A stretch of 64,000 nucleotides of DNA from Eledone cirrhosa (lineage: Eukaryota). Shown piece after piece: positions 58,852 to 64,000 of the stretch. Where the stretch lies: assembly GCA_964016885.1 (NCBI GenBank), contig OZ024741.1, positions 159,588,001 through 159,652,000 of the forward strand, in the 5' to 3' direction. Both the position numbers and the translations under genes were made by a program. The stretch's first letter is position 1; each line of letters starts with the position of its first letter. Under the pieces are notes generated by a model. That model did no database searches. It was not told where the DNA came from and worked only from the letters and a program-made list of their open reading frames with translations.

Positions 58852-58903
<52 letters not shown>

Positions 58904-59008
58904 GTATGTATATATGTATATATATATACACATATATATATGTATATATATATGTATATATATATACATATATATGTATATATATATATATATGTATGTA
59001 TATATATG

Positions 59009-59060
<52 letters not shown>

Positions 59061-59080
59061 TATATGTATATATATATGTA

Positions 59081-59517
59081 TATATTAATAAGAGGAATTC
59101 CAACTTTGTCTGATTTACTCGTTTTATTTACAATCCTTTAAAATATATATAATATGGTATTATAATGAAATAGTATGATAGAATATTAAATTCTAAGTGT
59201 TAATTGAACAAGTACTTTCATGCTTTCGAAATCTTCAGGTTCATGATATGTGGTGACAGTCGAGTTTGCAATTTTCAACTGTCAACAGTTGAAAATTGCA
59301 AACTCGACTGTCACCACATATCATGAACCTGAAGATTTCGAAAGCATGAAAGTACTTGTTCAATTAACACTTAGAATTTAATATTCTATCATACTATTTC
59401 ATTATAATACCATATTATATATATTTTAAAGGATTGTAAATAAAACGAGTAAATCAGACAAAGTTGGAATTCCTCTTATTAATATAATCTTCTATACACA
59501 ATCATACACACCCGTGT
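59081..59517. mobile_element. Near-perfect palindromic insert with HHR motif in both arms
   Basis: Arms 59081-59282 and 59285-59486, 2-nt spacer, tail to 59517. HHR at 59324-59362 is tgaac CTGAAGA tttcgaaagcat GAAA gtac TT gttca. Confidence 0.82.
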
Positions 59518-59570
59518 ATATTTACCTATCTATATCTATATATATATGTATATATATATACATATATATG

Positions 59571-61208
<1,638 letters not shown>

Positions 61209-61211
<3 letters not shown>

Positions 61212-61974
61212 AATTAGTATATCTAGTAACATATATATACACAGATGCATACTTATGTTAGCAAATATATAGGTTTTGTCTTAGTAACTATGTGGTTCAA
61301 TGCATGGGGTTGCAGAACAATAATATGGATTGATGACGAAAGGCTTCTCCGTGCTCTCTTCGGATAGTACGTTTAATCCCTTTCAGAAACTAATTAGTTG
61401 GGAGTGAAATTTAAGTAAGTAAGTTAATTTTATAATTTTCTTATTTTACGTCTCTCATATTATTGTTCTGCAACCCCATGCATTGAACCACATAGTTACT
61501 AAGACAAAACCTATATATTTGCTAACATAAGTATGCATCCGTGTATATATATGTTACTAGATATACTAATTCTTTATAATTATCTCCAAAATTATTTGTC
61601 GAGCAAAAATGGTCAAAACTGCTGCTATAGTAACAGTACGGCTGCTGTCTTACTAACAAACCACTATCCACTGATTGACCTCGATGTCACGTGATTGATT
61701 CTTTTGAATTTGCCACCGATGCAGTAGGCAGTGATTTTATCAATGGCTTGGCATTAGTCCTCACTTTGCTTTTTCCATCCACTGAATTATTTTTGTATAA
61801 GTTCCCTGTGTCCACGTATTGCCTGGAAACTTAGCTGAGAATAGACTTCCCTGATGACGAAAGGCTTCTCCGTGCTCTCTTCGGATAGTACGTTTAATCC
61901 CTTTCAGAAACTAATTAGTTGGGAGTGAAATTTAAGTAAGTAAGTTAATTTTATAATTTTCTTATTTTACGTCT

Positions 61975-61976
<2 letters not shown>
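61209..61976 (+). mobile_element. Non-coding retrozyme-like element with 521-nt unit and inverted 5' arm
   Basis: Direct repeat 61331-61455 / 61852-61976. Inverted arm 61209-61327 versus 61456-61574. (TA)n flanks. Confidence 0.85.
61845..61926 (+). ncRNA. Type I hammerhead ribozyme motif
   Basis: acttcc CTGATGA c-gaaagg...cctttc-a GAAA ctaattag TT gggagt. 6-bp helices I and II, 10-nt palindromic helix III. Confidence 0.8.
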
Positions 61977-62006
<30 letters not shown>

Positions 62007-62010
<4 letters not shown>

Positions 62011-62334
62011 GACGGCGTATATATGTGTTGGTATGTATATTTAATCTTGATAATTTGTATAATTTTGTATAATTTTGTACATAGATCTGTTGAATATGCA
62101 TACCAATTCTAACACATATATATCCTAGAAACGATCGTTAAATAATGAACTTTTTTTGTTTAATATAAGGAATTGTTTATTCATTATTTGTTTAATATTT
62201 TATCTTGACTCTGTATACCGTTTATCTTTCACCGAAAGTGATTTTTCATTACATCTCTTCTTTCCATGATATCCGGAATACATTGAGTTCTTCATACGGA
62301 TTGGACACTACCGTAAACTCTTGGTAGATTTATC

Positions 62335-62335
<1 letters not shown>
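62007..62335 (+). mobile_element. PLE-type terminal fragment with 5'-clipped long-helix-II HHR
   Basis: TGAAGA at 62007, long stem (tatatatgtgttgg/ctaacacatatata), GAAA cgatcg TT at 62128-62139. (TA)n flanks. Confidence 0.6.
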
Positions 62336-62420
<85 letters not shown>

Positions 62421-62423
<3 letters not shown>

Positions 62424-63275
62424 CGAAGGAAATGTGGTAAGGAACCAGGTGGACCATAACGCACCAAAGTACTCAATAGGGTAGTAGAGTGGGTAATAGG
62501 AACCAGTAAGACCCCGACGGCTGAGCTCAAGCCGTTTCGACGGCTAATTTTGGACTAAATGAAAATTTATCCTGGTATTTAAATAGCCGAGCTTCTCAAG
62601 AGGTAATTCCATATATGGTCAAAGTGATTGTCACAAGGATTGGTCACAAGTTAGTAGTAATTCTGTGATGGCAAATTAGTGGGGGAAGGGGTAGCTAAAC
62701 CTGCCAGTAGGAGAAAAAAGGGGAGGGGGTGGAGTAGACCCATTCATGCGTTGGTGGTGCCGGCTACAGCTGGGCGTGAGGTCAAAGAAGATACTAGGGA
62801 GGGGGAGGGGGAGGAAGTCGAAACGGTAAGTAGAACAATGAAGGGTAAAAATATACTGAGAGTGAAGCGAATAAATGTAAAGAAAAAAAAAATAAAATAA
62901 GCAATTTCTACGACCTAAGTCTCTCGCTATTGCTAGGCTAAATAAATAAATAAATAAATAAATGAATAAATAGATAAAGAAATAAAAAAATAATAAATAA
63001 ATAAACTAGGTGGGACGGAATAGGAAAGGACCCTTTTAAGAGGTATAAGTACGTATATCATACAGTGACGGGTCAACAAAGGGGGGCCAAAATACTAAAG
63101 AAACTACCACGAAATAATTAATAAAGGTTTCTACCCAGGGCACAAGGCCAGCAACCACCCAGTGCAGAAAAGTAAACTAGTACGAAATAATAATTCAGAG
63201 TCCCGAAAAAATATACTAATGCTAACTCTAAGGGTACCGCCACGCTACAAAAGTTCTTATACAAGCTACATGAAT

Positions 63276-63306
<31 letters not shown>

Positions 63307-63750
63307 TTTCTTTAGCCTAGCAATAGCGAGAGACTTAGGTCGTAGAAATTGCTTATTTTATTTTTTTTTCTTTACATTTATTCGCTTCACTCTCAGTATA
63401 TTTTTACCCTTCATTGTTCTACTTACCGTTTCGACTTCCCCCCCCTCCCCCTCCCTAGTATCTTCTTTGACCTCACGCCCAGCTATAGCCGGCACCACCA
63501 ACGCATGAATGGGTCTACTCCACCCCCTCCCCTTTTTCTCCTACTGGCAGGTTTAGCTACCCCTTCCCCCACTAATTTGCCATCACAGAATTACTACTAA
63601 CTTGTGACCAATCCTTGTGACAATCACTTTGACCATATATGGAATTACCTCTTGAGAAGCTCGGCTATTTAAATACCAAGATAAATTTTCATTTAGTCCA
63701 GAATTAGCCGTCGAAACGGCTTGAGCTCAGCCGTCGGGGTCTTACTGGTT

Positions 63751-63755
<5 letters not shown>
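62421..63755. mobile_element. Family X foldback element, long copy
   Basis: Tail 62421-62495, arms about 62496-62960 and 63290-63755, no ORF, in (TA)n. Confidence 0.9.
63647..63740 (+). ncRNA. Hammerhead motif with U3-A8 core (mirror copy 62511-62604 on minus)
   Basis: acctc TTGAGAA g-ct-cggcta...tagccg-t-c GAAA cggc-ttgagctca-gccg TC ggggt. Confidence 0.75.
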
Positions 63756-63812
<57 letters not shown>

Positions 63813-63815
<3 letters not shown>

Positions 63816-63938
63816 CGAAGGAAATGTGGTAGGGAACCAGGCGGACCATAACGCACCAAAGTACTCAATACTTAGGGTAGTAGAGTGGGTAATAGGAACG
63901 AGTAGGAGCTCAGCCGTCGGGGTCCTACTCGTTCCTAT
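63813..63938. mobile_element. Family X foldback insert, short copy
   Basis: Same tail and arm ends as the other family X copies. Confidence 0.85.
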
Positions 63939-64000
63939 ATATATACATATATATATTTATTAATACAATAACAGAGATAGCTTAACACTAAACTCCGACT

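Noticed and set aside
61935-61945. GTAAGT splice donor just after the HHR (PLE 5' intron)
   Set aside because: It is part of a short TAAG repeat, and no acceptor can be assigned without transcripts.

Overview
AT-rich animal DNA made almost entirely of transposons and microsatellites. The SINE and repeat content suggests an octopod cephalopod, which is my inference. I found no host exon, and most ORF-track entries are microsatellite read-throughs. Recognisable elements are two Penelope-like retroelements (PLEs) with Naiad-type signatures, a near full-length Tx1 LINE plus truncated copies all sitting in (TATC)n, RTE-type LINEs (two with 5' inversions), CRE-like fragments, Helitrons, Tc1/mariner, hAT and MULE elements, and many tRNA-derived SINEs. 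The most notable signal is about 15 short non-coding inserts in (TA)n, from many sequence-unrelated families. Most are foldbacks carrying type I hammerhead ribozyme (HHR) motifs, some with a U3-A8 variant core. Many also share a covarying bulged hairpin (RCUC-stem-loop-stem-2 nt bulge-GAGY) placed right after the point where one arm ends. One insert contains a complete 521-nt HHR-to-HHR unit resembling a retrozyme. All structures were folded by eye and coordinates may be off by a few bases.
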